Origin: a phage
Strand: one strand, 5' to 3'
Length of the DNA: 51,438 nt
Sequence record: PZ754631.1
A program made the position numbers and the translations under genes. The notes below the pieces were generated by a model. The model saw only the letters and a list, made by a program, of their open reading frames with translations. It had not been told where the DNA came from and searched no databases. Positions 10,135 to 20,899 of the stretch are shown one piece after another (the first letter of the stretch is position 1; each line of letters starts with the position of its first letter).

Positions 10135-10452
10135 ATGTCAAAAATGAAATTGACGATTGGGCCGCTTCCTGACTTTAAATTACCAGTGAAATTTGCAATG
10201 CCTAACGGAGAAGATCAAACAATTATCTTCACAGTTCGCCACCGCAAAACAAGTGAGATTCACGAGCGCTACACGTCAGATACTCCAATGAGCGATGTTG
10301 AAATGATCACCTTCCTTGCTTCTGGTTGGAATCTTGATGATGAATTTAACGAAGAAAATATTAAACAGCTTCTTGATTACTACCCAGCAACAGCAATCGG
10401 ATTAACTAGCGCATACATGAAAGCGCTTGCTGGGCAGCGAGTAAAAAACTAA
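10135..10452 (+). CDS. tail assembly chaperone (lambda G-like)
   Basis: 105 aa; ends at stop directly after slippery heptamer AAAAAAC; position before tape measure. Confidence 0.8.
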   Translation: MSKMKLTIGPLPDFKLPVKFAMPNGEDQTIIFTVRHRKTSEIHERYTSDTPMSDVEMITFLASGWNLDDEFNEENIKQLLDYYPATAIGLTSAYMKALAGQRVKN

Positions 10453-10763
10453 AAAGGGCGGTTTACCTGTTTTATCAGAAACCGCCGACAGATGCAGAGC
10501 TTGAGGCTGTTGGCCTTACAAGGGCAGACTATGAAGGAGAAGATCCGCCAGAGGTTATATTTGATGAAAGCATGATGCAATCATGGGATATATTTTGCGC
10601 AATGCAAACGCAATGGAGATGTTCAGGCGGTGGCGCTTACGGATTTGATTATAATGTCTTGCCTATGCTTTTTGAGATTTACAAGGTTGAGGATCGCGAG
10701 ATGGCGCTAAACGACTTGCGAATCATGGAGCAAAAAGCACTTGAAATGATGCATTCAAAATAA
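10135..10763 (+). CDS. tail assembly chaperone -1 frameshift fusion (lambda G-T like)
   Basis: -1 frame is open from the slippery site at 10443-10449 through 10763 with no stop; downstream stem-loop. Confidence 0.7.
10443..10488 (+). other. programmed -1 ribosomal frameshift site: slippery A_AAA_AAC + stop + stem-loop
   Basis: heptamer AAAAAAC 10443-10449, in-frame TAA 10450-10452, 8-bp stem GGCGGTTT/AAACCGCC at ~10457-10486. Confidence 0.7.
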
Positions 10764-10785
10764 GCGCCTACGGGCGCTTTTTTAT
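10763..10785 (+). terminator. intrinsic terminator before tape measure gene
   Basis: AGCGCC-TACG-GGCGCT plus T-run. Confidence 0.6.
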
Positions 10786-10802
10786 TACCTGGAGGATTAA
10801 TA

Positions 10803-13475
10803 ATGTCAGAACAATACGCAGGCTTGACGCTTGGGGTTGATGTTTCTCAACTCAACAATGCTGTAAAGTCTTTGCAGCAATTCAAGAAGGCAAACGACGA
10901 CGCAAAGGGAAGCGTTGAGAGTTTTGTTGATTCAGAGGTTGTTGCAAGACAAAGAGCCAAACAACTGGCTGAGGAATTGGCAAAGCAGAAGCAAGAATTT
11001 AAAGCAATTCAGTCGGCAATAGATCCGACAGCAAGCAAAATGGATAAGTTGCGCCAGGCTGCGACACAGCTTGATGCGCTTTGGAAAAAAGGAATTGTGC
11101 CGGATGATACATTCTTTGAGTTAGGATCAATTCTTGAGACGCAGCAAAATAAACTGATCGCAACTAAGAAGGCGTTAACTGAAGAAGGCCGCGCGGCGCT
11201 TGAGGAAGCAAAAAATAAGGCAAGGGCAGAGGCTGAGGCAAGAAAGTTCATTGCGGCATTGCAGGCGCAAGCTGACGCAGCGGAAAAAACAAAATCAGAG
11301 CTTGTCGAAATGAGAGCCGCACAACTTGGAGTTAGTGCAGAGGCAGCGCCATTTATTGCAAAAATGAAGGAGCAGGAAAAACAAGCCTCAAAACTTGGCG
11401 TTTCTATGGGGCAGTACAAGCAAGCAATGGCACAATTGCCAATGCAGATCACTGACGTTGTTACTTCTCTTGCTTCAGGTATGCCAGTATGGATGATCGC
11501 AATCCAGCAGGGTGGGCAAATCAAGGACTCATTCGGCGGTGTTGCTAATACGTTTAAAGCGCTAATGACATTTGTCACGCCTTTAAGTGTAGGAATGACG
11601 GCGCTGACTGGTGCTCTTGGTTATGCTGCATATAATGCATACAAAGCAAATGCACAATTGAAGGAGATCACAAAAACCGTTCAGGAGGCAACAGGTCTTT
11701 CCGGTGAGTTTGCAGAGCGGATCGCAACTGGAATCCAGGCGCTATCTGACAAGACAGGAGAGAGCGCAGACAATATCGCAAAGGCTTATATAAGCACTAA
11801 GGATGGAGCAAGCGAGGCTATACAAAAACTCGTCGATGTTGGATTTACCTATGACGAAGCAAAGGCAAAAGTAAACGAATACAAAAACGCATCAAGTTTT
11901 GTAAGTCTTAACAATGAAATTGCTGATCATAAAAACAAAGTTCTTGAGCTTGGCGATTCATGGTATGCGGTCTTAAAAGCAAAACGTGATTATGCTTCAC
12001 CGTCCGGCGGGCTGTTGGGGAAAGAACTTGGTTATGTGAATCCAATGCTGCAATTTGCGAAGAACACCTATGAGGATATAAGGAAGATCGTAAAAGATGC
12101 GAATAAGGATATGGCGGAACGAGCAGCACGCATCGACAGAGAAAACCTTTCCTTAAACAGAGTTCGAGCGGCGCAAGAGGCTTTAAACAAAGCCATAGAG
12201 GATCAGAAGAACGTAGCAAGGACAGCAGACGAAGAGTTGAAAAAACGAGCGGCTGAGAACGTGGAGTTCAGGCGAAAAGAGCTTGAAGAGGCGAAGAAGG
12301 CGCAGCAGCAAAAGGAAAAAGTTGGTGGAGTTGTAAAAGCACCAACAGAGCAGCTTGATAAGGAGCTATATGTTCTCAAAGCGCAACTTGAAACACTAAA
12401 AGAGCACCGAACTGTAAATGATGTTATTTCACGCCAGAGGCAATCTTTGTGGAGCATTGAAAAGCAGATCCAGATCCTGGAGGAAGCGCAAAGCAAACGC
12501 AAGCTGACAAAGGCTGAACAGGCGTTACTAAACGAGCAAAAAACAGTTATTGCTATGGCAAAAGAAAAGGCCGAGATAGGCGATCAGATTGTTTTGCAAC
12601 AGAGAAAGAACAAGCAATACCAGGAAGGGCTAAAGTTCATTCAGCAAACTTCAGATGCCATTGATGCTATGAACTTGCGACAGTCTGGAGCTACAGATCT
12701 GCAAATCCAGCGAGAGCTTGAGTTGAAGAAGTTGCGAACTGATTATGTTGCTGGCGGCGGTAGTATCGACGATGAAATTTATCAGCAGATGGAAGCAAAG
12801 CTGAAGGAGTATTACGCCACTGAGGATCAGCTTAGAAATAACTGGATTGCAGGAGCAAAAAACGCATGGGAGGTTTACGGACAAGATGCAATGGATATGT
12901 ACGGCAACGTGCAAGATATTGCAAGCGAGGCGCTCAGCGGTCTAACCAACCAAATGGCTACATTCCTTGCAACAGGAAAGGCAAACTTTAAGAGCTTCGC
13001 AACGTCAATCATCCAAATGATTATCCAGATGATCACGAAGATGGTTATCTTTAATGCCATATCTGGTGCGATTGGAGGTGACACTTGGACGATTGGAAGC
13101 CTTCTTAAAAATGTTGGATTTGCAACTGGTGGATACACTGGCGACGGCGGGAAGTATGAGCCAGCAGGTGTTGTCCATAAAGGCGAGTTTGTCATGACGA
13201 AGGAGGCAACGAAGCGGATCGGAGTTGGAAATCTTTACAAAATGATGCGCGGTTATGCAAATGGCGGCGTTGTTGGCGGCACTTCATACACTGGCGGCGG
13301 AGTTTCATCTGGAGCAACAAATCTTAATATTGGCGGGATCAGCGTTGATATTAACAACGGAAACGATCCGAAAGGATTGGAGACTGGCGTAAAAATGATT
13401 TTCACTGATATGATTAAGCGTTCCTGTACGCAGGGTGGGGAAGTTTACGAATTTGTTATGTCTAAGCGGGGGTGA
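10803..13475 (+). CDS. tape measure protein
   Basis: 890 aa, long coiled-coil-rich ORF downstream of G/GT chaperones; Gly-rich C-terminal segment. Confidence 0.85.
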   Translation: MSEQYAGLTLGVDVSQLNNAVKSLQQFKKANDDAKGSVESFVDSEVVARQRAKQLAEELAKQKQEFKAIQSAIDPTASKMDKLRQAATQLDALWKKGIVPDDTFFELGSILETQQNKLIATKKALTEEGRAALEEAKNKARAEAEARKFIAALQAQADAAEKTKSELVEMRAAQLGVSAEAAPFIAKMKEQEKQASKLGVSMGQYKQAMAQLPMQITDVVTSLASGMPVWMIAIQQGGQIKDSFGGVANTFKALMTFVTPLSVGMTALTGALGYAAYNAYKANAQLKEITKTVQEATGLSGEFAERIATGIQALSDKTGESADNIAKAYISTKDGASEAIQKLVDVGFTYDEAKAKVNEYKNASSFVSLNNEIADHKNKVLELGDSWYAVLKAKRDYASPSGGLLGKELGYVNPMLQFAKNTYEDIRKIVKDANKDMAERAARIDRENLSLNRVRAAQEALNKAIEDQKNVARTADEELKKRAAENVEFRRKELEEAKKAQQQKEKVGGVVKAPTEQLDKELYVLKAQLETLKEHRTVNDVISRQRQSLWSIEKQIQILEEAQSKRKLTKAEQALLNEQKTVIAMAKEKAEIGDQIVLQQRKNKQYQEGLKFIQQTSDAIDAMNLRQSGATDLQIQRELELKKLRTDYVAGGGSIDDEIYQQMEAKLKEYYATEDQLRNNWIAGAKNAWEVYGQDAMDMYGNVQDIASEALSGLTNQMATFLATGKANFKSFATSIIQMIIQMITKMVIFNAISGAIGGDTWTIGSLLKNVGFATGGYTGDGGKYEPAGVVHKGEFVMTKEATKRIGVGNLYKMMRGYANGGVVGGTSYTGGGVSSGATNLNIGGISVDINNGNDPKGLETGVKMIFTDMIKRSCTQGGEVYEFVMSKRG

Positions 13476-13531
13476 TAGTGAAACTTGAGCAATTCAAATG
13501 GTGTACGCAAACGCAAGGAGGCGGCGGCACT

Positions 13532-13828
13532 ATGACCACATCAAATAACGACAGGGAAATCTCATTTGGTAATGGTTACACGCAGGTTGCGTCAGGAGGG
13601 TTTAACACGGTACGCAGGGAGTTTTCCATTGTCTATGTTGGCAAGGATTACAGAAACGTTGTTGACTTCCTGAATGGACACAGGCTGAAGCCGTTTTTAT
13701 GGTTTATGCCTGACGGTCAACCTGGTCTATTCAGGGTAAAATCTGGTAGCGTTGGATTAACTCCAATATCAGCAACCGTTCAGGAAGTGAAAGCAACATT
13801 TACTGAGCAATTTACATCGATGCAATAA
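13532..13828 (+). CDS. minor tail protein (lambda M-like)
   Basis: start moved to ATG with RBS AAGGAGG (track GTG start at 13472 rejected); position after tape measure. Confidence 0.6.
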   Translation: MTTSNNDREISFGNGYTQVASGGFNTVRREFSIVYVGKDYRNVVDFLNGHRLKPFLWFMPDGQPGLFRVKSGSVGLTPISATVQEVKATFTEQFTSMQ

Positions 13829-13832
13829 TTCA

Positions 13833-13857
13833 AGCCGCCTTTGTGCGGCTTTTTTAT
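13833..13857 (+). terminator. intrinsic terminator
   Basis: AGCCGC-loop-GCGGCT plus T-run. Confidence 0.6.
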
Positions 13858-13889
13858 TGATGATACAATGCACGAAAGGAGGTGCAATT

Positions 13890-14651
13890 ATGGCTAATGA
13901 AACAACAGGTCGCGCGGATCTTGAAAATTGTCTGCAAAGCCTTTACCCTGGCGAGATTATCACGCTAATTGAGATTGACGGCACAAAGTTTGGCGCAAAC
14001 ATTTACCGCATACACAATGAGAACATCTCATACACTGCGGAAGAATTGTTGCAGGCGCGAGAAACTGGAGTTCTTCCGCCGAAAGAGATTACATTCCGTG
14101 GTGAGGTTTACGGCGCGCGCCCGTTCGGAATATCTGGAATCAACTTCACAAGCAACGGAAAGGCTGATAAGCCACAATTGATACTATCAAACCTTGACAG
14201 CCAGGTGAGCGCGATGATTCGCAACTTTAACGGCATGATGCAAGCTAAGGTTACAATCTGGATCACGCCAGCGGAATTAATGGGTAAAGATGGCAACATT
14301 AAAGATGGAGCCTCAAGAAAGCTGGTTTACTACATTGAGCGCCCAAGCCATTACAATAGGATGATGGCAAAATTTGATCTGACATCGCCTTATGATATGG
14401 ATGGAATAATGATTCCTCCGCGAATAACTCAAAGCGTTTGTTATTGGGCGCAGCGTGGATGGTATCGAAGCGGAAAAGGTTGCGGATACAATGGATCGCG
14501 AATGTTTGACAAAGACAACAATCCTGTAACCGATCCATCTCAAGACTTTTGCGCCGGAACTGTAACAGCGTGCAAACTTCGTTTTGGTGCAGATAAGCAG
14601 CTTGATTTTGGCGGCGCACCAGTAGCAAGCCTGTTAAGGAGAAATCAGTGA
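13890..14651 (+). CDS. minor tail protein (lambda L-like)
   Basis: 253 aa; start at ATG with RBS AGGAGG; C-terminal Cys pairs; position. Confidence 0.65.
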   Translation: MANETTGRADLENCLQSLYPGEIITLIEIDGTKFGANIYRIHNENISYTAEELLQARETGVLPPKEITFRGEVYGARPFGISGINFTSNGKADKPQLILSNLDSQVSAMIRNFNGMMQAKVTIWITPAELMGKDGNIKDGASRKLVYYIERPSHYNRMMAKFDLTSPYDMDGIMIPPRITQSVCYWAQRGWYRSGKGCGYNGSRMFDKDNNPVTDPSQDFCAGTVTACKLRFGADKQLDFGGAPVASLLRRNQ

Positions 14652-15382
14652 TGATTAGTGCAAAGATAAAACTTGAAATAATGCAGCACGTAAAAGATGA
14701 ATACCCGCGCGAGGCGTGCGGGGTTATCACTCAAAAGTCGCGGGTACAGAAATATCACCGCATAACAAACGTGCATGATGATCCTGAAAATCATTTTGAG
14801 ATGGGCGCAACTGAATACGTTGAGGCGTGTGAAAGCGGTGAGCTTATTGCTGTTGTGCATAGCCACACAGGAGACGGGGCAAGTACAATTCCAAGCGCCC
14901 ATGACACATGCATGTGTGATGAAATGGGTGTTTCATGGGTTATTGTGTCATGGCCCGAAGGTGATATGAGAATAATTGAGCCTGAATCTCGTCCTCTGAT
15001 TGGTCGCCCGTGGTCGCTTGGGGCGTATGATTGCTGGGGGCTTATTATGGCATGGCACAAGCAACATGGCGTTATCCTGAATGATTTCAGGAAACCATAT
15101 GAATGGTGGAAGCCTGAGCACGGCGAAAATCTTTACCAGGAAAATTATCTGAAAGAGGGTTTTGTTGAAACAGGAGAGCCGCCAAAACCTGGTGATATGG
15201 TTATCTTTCAGCTTTCCGCGCCAGTGTGGAATCATGCAGGCATTTATCTTGGAAACAATCAGTTGCTTCATCATGCCTTTGGCAAGTTGTCAAGGGTTGA
15301 TTTGTATTCTGGATGGTATCAGGAACATGCAAAAATGGTTTGTAGACATAAGGATCTGAAATATGACTTTGAAGGTAATTAA
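14651..15382 (+). CDS. tail assembly protein (lambda K-like; JAB/MPN + NlpC/P60)
   Basis: JAMM-like motif HSHTGDGAS..D and a Cys/His peptidase-like C-terminal half; TGATG coupling to upstream gene. Confidence 0.7.
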   Translation: MISAKIKLEIMQHVKDEYPREACGVITQKSRVQKYHRITNVHDDPENHFEMGATEYVEACESGELIAVVHSHTGDGASTIPSAHDTCMCDEMGVSWVIVSWPEGDMRIIEPESRPLIGRPWSLGAYDCWGLIMAWHKQHGVILNDFRKPYEWWKPEHGENLYQENYLKEGFVETGEPPKPGDMVIFQLSAPVWNHAGIYLGNNQLLHHAFGKLSRVDLYSGWYQEHAKMVCRHKDLKYDFEGN

Positions 15383-15959
15383 ATTATCTGGATCTTTAGG
15401 CCGAAGATTTGGAGTATTTCATAAGCTGGCTGTTGATTCATACCCCGAAGCAATACGCGCACTATCTTCGCAGGTGGAAGGATTCAAGGACTACATGCAA
15501 AGCGAAGTAGGATCGCGAATGCGTTACGCTGTATTTGTTGACGGTAATAATGTAGGGCAGCACGATGAAAAAGCGTGGCAATGTGCAAAGGAAGTGAGGA
15601 TTATTCCAATCCCAACAGGTTCAAAGTCTGGCGGGTTGTTTCAGGTTGTTCTTGGCGCGGTTATTATGGCGACTGCATTTTTCACTGGCGGCTCTTCACT
15701 TGCTTTGATGGGCGCTTTTGCATCTTCTGCCTTCATGATGGGTGGAGCAATGGTACTTGGCGGAGTAATGCAAATGATCTCACCGCAGCAAGGAGGATCA
15801 AGATTGTCATCCCAATCAGCAGAAAACAAGCCGTCTTATGCTTTCGGTGGCGCTGTTAACACAACGGCAGCAGGATACCCAATACCATTGCCATATGGTC
15901 AAAGGACCGTCGGCGGAGCTATCTGGTCGGCTGGCAGCTATGCAGAGGATAAGGCTTAA
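15363..15959 (+). CDS. tail assembly protein (lambda I-like)
   Basis: 198 aa with hydrophobic Gly/Ala-rich C-terminal half; position between K-like and J-like genes. Confidence 0.6.
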   Translation: MTLKVIKLSGSLGRRFGVFHKLAVDSYPEAIRALSSQVEGFKDYMQSEVGSRMRYAVFVDGNNVGQHDEKAWQCAKEVRIIPIPTGSKSGGLFQVVLGAVIMATAFFTGGSSLALMGAFASSAFMMGGAMVLGGVMQMISPQQGGSRLSSQSAENKPSYAFGGAVNTTAAGYPIPLPYGQRTVGGAIWSAGSYAEDKA

Positions 15960-15967
15960 TATAAAAG

Positions 15968-15994
15968 AGTCGCGCGTTGCGCGGCTTTTTTTTT
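15968..15994 (+). terminator. intrinsic terminator before J-like gene
   Basis: 8-bp GC stem plus T9; TATAAT box follows at ~16000. Confidence 0.65.
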
Positions 15995-16039
15995 GCCCGT
16001 ATAATTCAACAAATCAAATAGCACAAAAGGTGAAAAAGC

Positions 16040-19000
16040 ATGGCTGAAAATATGATAACGGGCAGTAAGGGTGGATCATCAAAACCTTATGTGCCGAAAG
16101 AGATGGAAGATAACCTGATCTCAATCAACAAAATCAAAATCCTTCTTGCCGTTTCCGATGGTGAGTGCGATCCATATTTCACGCTTCGCGATCTGTATCT
16201 CGATGATGTTCCGGTAATTGCAGATGATGGAACTGTTAACTATCAGGGTGTGAAAGCTGAATTTCGACCTGGAACGCAGACGCAAGATTACATCCAGGGG
16301 TTTACTGACACATCAAGCGAAGTGACGCTGGCGCGTGACATTACTACATCAAATCCTTATGTAATTTCTGTAACCAACAAAACATTGTCGGCTATCAGAA
16401 TAAAAATGCTAATGCCAACAGGCATTAAGCAAGAGGATAACGGCGATCTTGTAGGTGTTAAGGTCACTTATGCTGTTGATATGGCTGTTGACGGAGACTC
16501 TTACAAAGAAGTATTGCGAGACACCATCGAAGGTAAAACACGTTCAGGTTACGACAGAAGCCGAAGGATTGACCTTCCGGCATTTAATGATCGTGTATTA
16601 CTTAGGGTTAGAAGGGTTACGGCAGACAGCGCATCTTCTCGCGTTACTGATCTGATTAAGCTACAAAGTTACGCTGAGGTTATTGATGCAAAATTCCGTT
16701 ATCCTCTGACTGGTCTTGTATACGTTGAATTTGACAGTGAGTTGTTCCCTAACCAGATCCCTAACATTTCAATCAAGAAGAAATGGAAGTTGATTAATGT
16801 TCCGAGCAATTACGATCCGGTAATGCGAGAGTATCACGGTTCATGGAATGGTACGTTCAAGAAAGCGTGGTCGAACAATCCGGCGTGGGTACTTTATGAC
16901 ATTATCACAAACCAGCGATACGGATTAGATCAGCGAGAACTTGGTGTGCAGGTTGACAAATGGAGTCTTTACGAAGCGGCGCAATACTGCGATCAGAAAG
17001 TACCGGACGGAAAAGGCGGCACAGAGCCGCGTTATCTATGTGATGTTGTTATTCAGAGTCAGATTGAGGCTTATCAGCTTATTCGTGACATTTGCTCTAT
17101 CTTCCGTGGAATGAGCTTTTGGAATGGCGAGAGCTTGTCAATCGTTATTGATAAGCCGCGCGATCCGTCGTACATCTTCACCAATGACAACGTTGTTGAT
17201 GGTGATTTTCAGTACACAACAGCAAGCGAAAAGAGCATGTACACGCAGTGCAACGTGACGTTTGACGACGAACAAAACATGTATCAACAGGACGTAGAGG
17301 GCGTATTCGACACAGAGGCCGCATTGCGCTTTGGATACAATCCGACAAGCATAACAGCGATCGGATGTACACGCAGGAGTGAGGCTAATCGGCGCGGTCG
17401 ATGGATACTAAAAACCAACTTGCGCAGCACTACGGTAAACTTTGCTACTGGACTGGAAGGCATGATCCCATCAATAGGTGATGTGATTGCTATTGCTGAC
17501 AACTTTCACAGCAGCAACCTGAAGTTAAACCTATCAGGGCGCGTGATGGAAGTTTCCGGCTTACAGGTATTCGTTCCGTTTAAGATTGATGCTAGACCAG
17601 GTGATTTCATTATCATCAACAAGCCGGACGGAAAGCCAGTTAAGCGCACAATCTCAAAAGTAAGCGGTGACGGAAAAACCATTGAGCTAAACATCGGGTT
17701 TGGATTTGAAGTTAAACCGGACACGGTTTTTGCAATCGACCGCGCCGATATTGCTTTGCAGCAATACGTTGTAACGAGTATCGGCAAAGGTGATGATGAT
17801 GATGAATTTACATACTCCATCACGGCTGTTGAATATGACCCGAACAAATACGACGAGATTGATTATGGAGTAAACATTGACGACAGGCCAACCTCAATTG
17901 TCCAGCCTGACACAATGGCAGCGCCTGAAAATGTGCAAATATCCTCATACTCGCGAATTGTCCAGGGTGCAAGCGTTGAAACAATGGTTGTGTCGTGGGA
18001 TAAAGTACCTTACGCATCGCTGTATGAAATGCAATGGCGAAAAGGTGATGGCAACTGGCTGAATACACCACAGACTGCAAACAAAGAAATTGAGGTTGAA
18101 GGTATTTATTCAGGAAACTACCAGGTAAGGGTTAGATCTGTTTCCGCTTCAGGTTCTACGTCTCCGTGGTCCAGAATTGTGACAGCATCACTGACTGGTA
18201 AGGTGGGAGAGCCAGGCGCGCCAGTTAACTTAACCGCATCCGACAATGAAGTGTTTGGCATTCGTGTTAAGTGGGGGATGCCAGAAGGGAGCGGAGATAC
18301 GGCATACATTGAGCTTCATCAGTCGCCGGATGGAACGGCTGAAAACTCAAGCCTGCTAACGCTGATCCCGTATCCACAATATGAATACTGGCACGGTACG
18401 CTTCCGGCTGGTCATGTTGTCTGGTATAGAATCCGCAGCGTTGACAGAATCGGCAACGTTTCCGGCTGGACTGATTTTGTTAGAGGCATGGCTTCAGATG
18501 ATGTGGAGGCTGTTTTAGGTGATATTCTTGATAAGATTTTTGATACAGAAGCAGGCAAGGATCTGAAAGAGAACGCCATTGACAGTGCAAACAAGATAAA
18601 GGACCAGGCGCAAGCAATCATCCAGAATGCCCTTGCTAATGATGCTGATATTAAGTGGACGCGAGTACAAAACGGAAAGAGAAAGGCTGAATATGGTCAC
18701 GCTCTTGAGCTTATAGCCACAGAGACTGAGGCGCGAGTGACGCAGATTGAAGAGTTGAGGGCGTCAATCGACGAGGATATTGTTTCAAGCATAAAGACAG
18801 TGCAGGAGGCTATCGCCACAGAATCTGAAACGCGAGCAACTCAAATAAATGCTTTGGATTCAAAATTTACAACTGAAATTGACGGCGTAAAACGCAATAC
18901 AGCAGCAAGCATTAATCAGGTGAATCAAACCATTGCTAATGAGTCAGAAGCGCGCGCGCAGGCCGTTAACGCTCTTGATGCGAAGTTCACAAAGGAGATC

Positions 19001-19618
19001 GAAGATTTAAATGGAGTTATTAAGACTGAGGTTGAGGCTAACATCTCTGAAGTGAAACAGGCTATCGCTAACGAGACAGAGGCAAGGGTGCAGGCTGACC
19101 AGGCGTTAACAGCTAAGTTTGGAGACGTTGAATCTGCATTGTCGCAAAAACTTGATTCATGGGCTGGTGTGTCTTCTGTTGGTGCTAAATACTCAATGAA
19201 ACTTGGGTTAACTTACAACGGGCAGAAGTACAGCGCAGGAATGGTAATGCAGCTTTCGCAGAGTTCATCCGGCCTTATCTCGCAAATCTTGTTTGACGCG
19301 AACAGGTTCGCGATCATGACAAGTTCGACTGGCGGAACGTTTACTTTGCCTTTTGTTGTTGAAAACAACCAAGTTTTCATTAATAGCCTGTTAGTTAAAA
19401 ACGGTTCAATCACAAATGCTATGATCGGTAATTATATTCAGTCGAATAACTTTGTTGCCAATCAGCAGGGTTGGAGGCTGGATAAAAGCGGAAGATTTGA
19501 GAACTACGGTTCTACATCTGGAGAAGGGGCCATGAAGTTGACAAATGAAACGATAAGTGTACGAGACGCAAACGGGCGCTTGCGTGTTCAGATTGGTAGG
19601 CTTACTGGTACGTGGTAA
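16040..19618 (+). CDS. tail tip host-specificity protein (lambda J-like)
   Basis: 1192 aa; size and position; FN3-like central segments; preceded by terminator and -10 box. Confidence 0.8.
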   Translation: MAENMITGSKGGSSKPYVPKEMEDNLISINKIKILLAVSDGECDPYFTLRDLYLDDVPVIADDGTVNYQGVKAEFRPGTQTQDYIQGFTDTSSEVTLARDITTSNPYVISVTNKTLSAIRIKMLMPTGIKQEDNGDLVGVKVTYAVDMAVDGDSYKEVLRDTIEGKTRSGYDRSRRIDLPAFNDRVLLRVRRVTADSASSRVTDLIKLQSYAEVIDAKFRYPLTGLVYVEFDSELFPNQIPNISIKKKWKLINVPSNYDPVMREYHGSWNGTFKKAWSNNPAWVLYDIITNQRYGLDQRELGVQVDKWSLYEAAQYCDQKVPDGKGGTEPRYLCDVVIQSQIEAYQLIRDICSIFRGMSFWNGESLSIVIDKPRDPSYIFTNDNVVDGDFQYTTASEKSMYTQCNVTFDDEQNMYQQDVEGVFDTEAALRFGYNPTSITAIGCTRRSEANRRGRWILKTNLRSTTVNFATGLEGMIPSIGDVIAIADNFHSSNLKLNLSGRVMEVSGLQVFVPFKIDARPGDFIIINKPDGKPVKRTISKVSGDGKTIELNIGFGFEVKPDTVFAIDRADIALQQYVVTSIGKGDDDDEFTYSITAVEYDPNKYDEIDYGVNIDDRPTSIVQPDTMAAPENVQISSYSRIVQGASVETMVVSWDKVPYASLYEMQWRKGDGNWLNTPQTANKEIEVEGIYSGNYQVRVRSVSASGSTSPWSRIVTASLTGKVGEPGAPVNLTASDNEVFGIRVKWGMPEGSGDTAYIELHQSPDGTAENSSLLTLIPYPQYEYWHGTLPAGHVVWYRIRSVDRIGNVSGWTDFVRGMASDDVEAVLGDILDKIFDTEAGKDLKENAIDSANKIKDQAQAIIQNALANDADIKWTRVQNGKRKAEYGHALELIATETEARVTQIEELRASIDEDIVSSIKTVQEAIATESETRATQINALDSKFTTEIDGVKRNTAASINQVNQTIANESEARAQAVNALDAKFTKEIEDLNGVIKTEVEANISEVKQAIANETEARVQADQALTAKFGDVESALSQKLDSWAGVSSVGAKYSMKLGLTYNGQKYSAGMVMQLSQSSSGLISQILFDANRFAIMTSSTGGTFTLPFVVENNQVFINSLLVKNGSITNAMIGNYIQSNNFVANQQGWRLDKSGRFENYGSTSGEGAMKLTNETISVRDANGRLRVQIGRLTGTW

Positions 19619-19661
19619 AATCAAAGCGGGGCATTTGCCCCGCATTTATGGAGGTTTAATA

Positions 19662-19967
19662 ATGGCTGAATATGGTGTTTCAACGTGGGATGCTAACGGG
19701 AAGTATAACAACTACGGAATCAAGCCAGTTTCCGTTGTTGGTGTCATTAGCCTTGCGGCTGGTCAGACAAGCGGATCGTGGAGCTTTAGCATTCCAAGTG
19801 GTTTTAAGGTTGGGTATGTTGTTTCGCTTGATGAGGGTGCTAGAGGGGTTGGAAGGGAAATAGTAGCATCTGGAAACACAATAAGAATCAGTCCTACATC
19901 TTCAGTTGGTGCAAATAGATATTCTTCTTCAAAGTGTGAGTTAGTTGTTTTTCTTGAGAGGGCTTAA
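19662..19967 (+). CDS. hypothetical protein, MAEYG paralog 1 (tail-tip-associated?)
   Basis: RBS GGAGG; starts MAEYGVSTWDANGKY; shares YG..WDA(N/S)GK module with next gene. Confidence 0.55.
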   Translation: MAEYGVSTWDANGKYNNYGIKPVSVVGVISLAAGQTSGSWSFSIPSGFKVGYVVSLDEGARGVGREIVASGNTIRISPTSSVGANRYSSSKCELVVFLERA

Positions 19968-19968
19968 A

Positions 19969-20610
19969 ATGGCTGAATATGGAGCAATGTTATCTTTATC
20001 AAATGGGAATCCATTTATCACACCAAAATCAACGCCATTTTGCTTATATGGCAAGTACACTTATTCATCTTCTGGCACTTCTGCCTATCATAGCGCAAGC
20101 GCAAATATACCATTGAATCAATCTTATCCATGTATGGCATTTATAAAAACAACAAACACACAGCAGCCAACTGCATTAATAGCTTACAGGAATGGTGGCA
20201 ACATTTATGTAAACGGAGGCAATCCATACGGGCAATCATTTACAATGACTGTTTATATATTTGCCATATTCCCTCAAACTCTACCCAAATATGGTATGGC
20301 TATATGGGATGCAAGCGGCAAGTTGGTTTTAACTAATGAAAGCAGGGTGCTAACAGATCTTGTTACAATTGGTACTCCTGGTTCTTCAGGTGGAACGAAT
20401 ATAGATCAAACGTTATCTGGTTCTTATGCCGTTTGCCCTTCAAGGCTTGGTGCGGTTGTAGGCATGGGTGCTTCTGATATATACACATCATGCAGGTATA
20501 ATGGTTCAAGCACAAGGATAGGTGCAGCAAGGACAACGCCAGGAACAGGATCTATAACAAATAACGGAAATTCAATAATTGCAATAAAGACTGATATTTA
20601 CGACCAATGA
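19969..20610 (+). CDS. hypothetical protein, MAEYG paralog 2 (tail-tip-associated?)
   Basis: starts MAEYGAML; contains second copy of module (KYGMAIWDASGK); Ser/Gly/Thr-rich; followed by bidirectional terminator. Confidence 0.55.
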   Translation: MAEYGAMLSLSNGNPFITPKSTPFCLYGKYTYSSSGTSAYHSASANIPLNQSYPCMAFIKTTNTQQPTALIAYRNGGNIYVNGGNPYGQSFTMTVYIFAIFPQTLPKYGMAIWDASGKLVLTNESRVLTDLVTIGTPGSSGGTNIDQTLSGSYAVCPSRLGAVVGMGASDIYTSCRYNGSSTRIGAARTTPGTGSITNNGNSIIAIKTDIYDQ

Positions 20611-20640
20611 AAAAAGGGGCTTACGCCCCTTTATTTTTAT
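20611..20640. terminator. bidirectional intrinsic terminator between convergent genes
   Basis: A-run, AGGGGC-TTAC-GCCCCT, T-run. Confidence 0.7.
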
Positions 20641-20868
20641 TTACAGACTGCAATCAGCGTTTTTAAAGTTATCAATGCTTACCCACTGAAAATTAAACGG
20701 ATAGCCAGCCTTAACAAGAGTGTGTTCGCCAACTCGTTTTACTCCAAAAATAGCAACTGAATACTGCATTCCGCTATTTTCATAAATAGCCGAGCATTCA
20801 CGCTTAGGCATATTTGCACATCCAGTCAGTGCAACGGTGGCAATCAAAACGGCGATTAACTTTTTCAT
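20641..20868 (-). CDS. small outer-membrane lipoprotein, candidate superinfection-exclusion factor (Cor/Llp-like)
   Basis: 75 aa; signal peptide plus lipobox LTGC; own promoter module upstream; located just past receptor-binding genes on opposite strand. Confidence 0.55.
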   Translation of the reverse strand: MKKLIAVLIATVALTGCANMPKRECSAIYENSGMQYSVAIFGVKRVGEHTLVKAGYPFNFQWVSIDNFKNADCSL

Positions 20869-20899
20869 TTTTGTGTCTCCTTAGTTGTTGTTGGTTGCA

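Noticed and set aside
10572-10763. 63-aa ORF listed as an independent gene between the tail chaperone and tape measure genes
   Set aside because: The frame is open upstream all the way to the slippery heptamer at 10443-10449 and the ATG has no RBS; it is the -1 frameshift extension of the chaperone, not a separate gene.
11009-13195. Several antisense ORFs (60-190 aa) inside the tape measure gene
   Set aside because: Low-complexity translations (Ala/Ser/Cys-rich), no RBS, fully embedded in a well-supported long gene; typical shadow ORFs. The same applies to antisense ORFs inside the J-like, tail fibre, helicase and terminase genes.
13472-13531. GTG start for the M-like minor tail protein overlapping the tape measure stop
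   Set aside because: An ATG at 13532 is preceded by a strong AAGGAGG RBS at ideal spacing, whereas the GTG has none.
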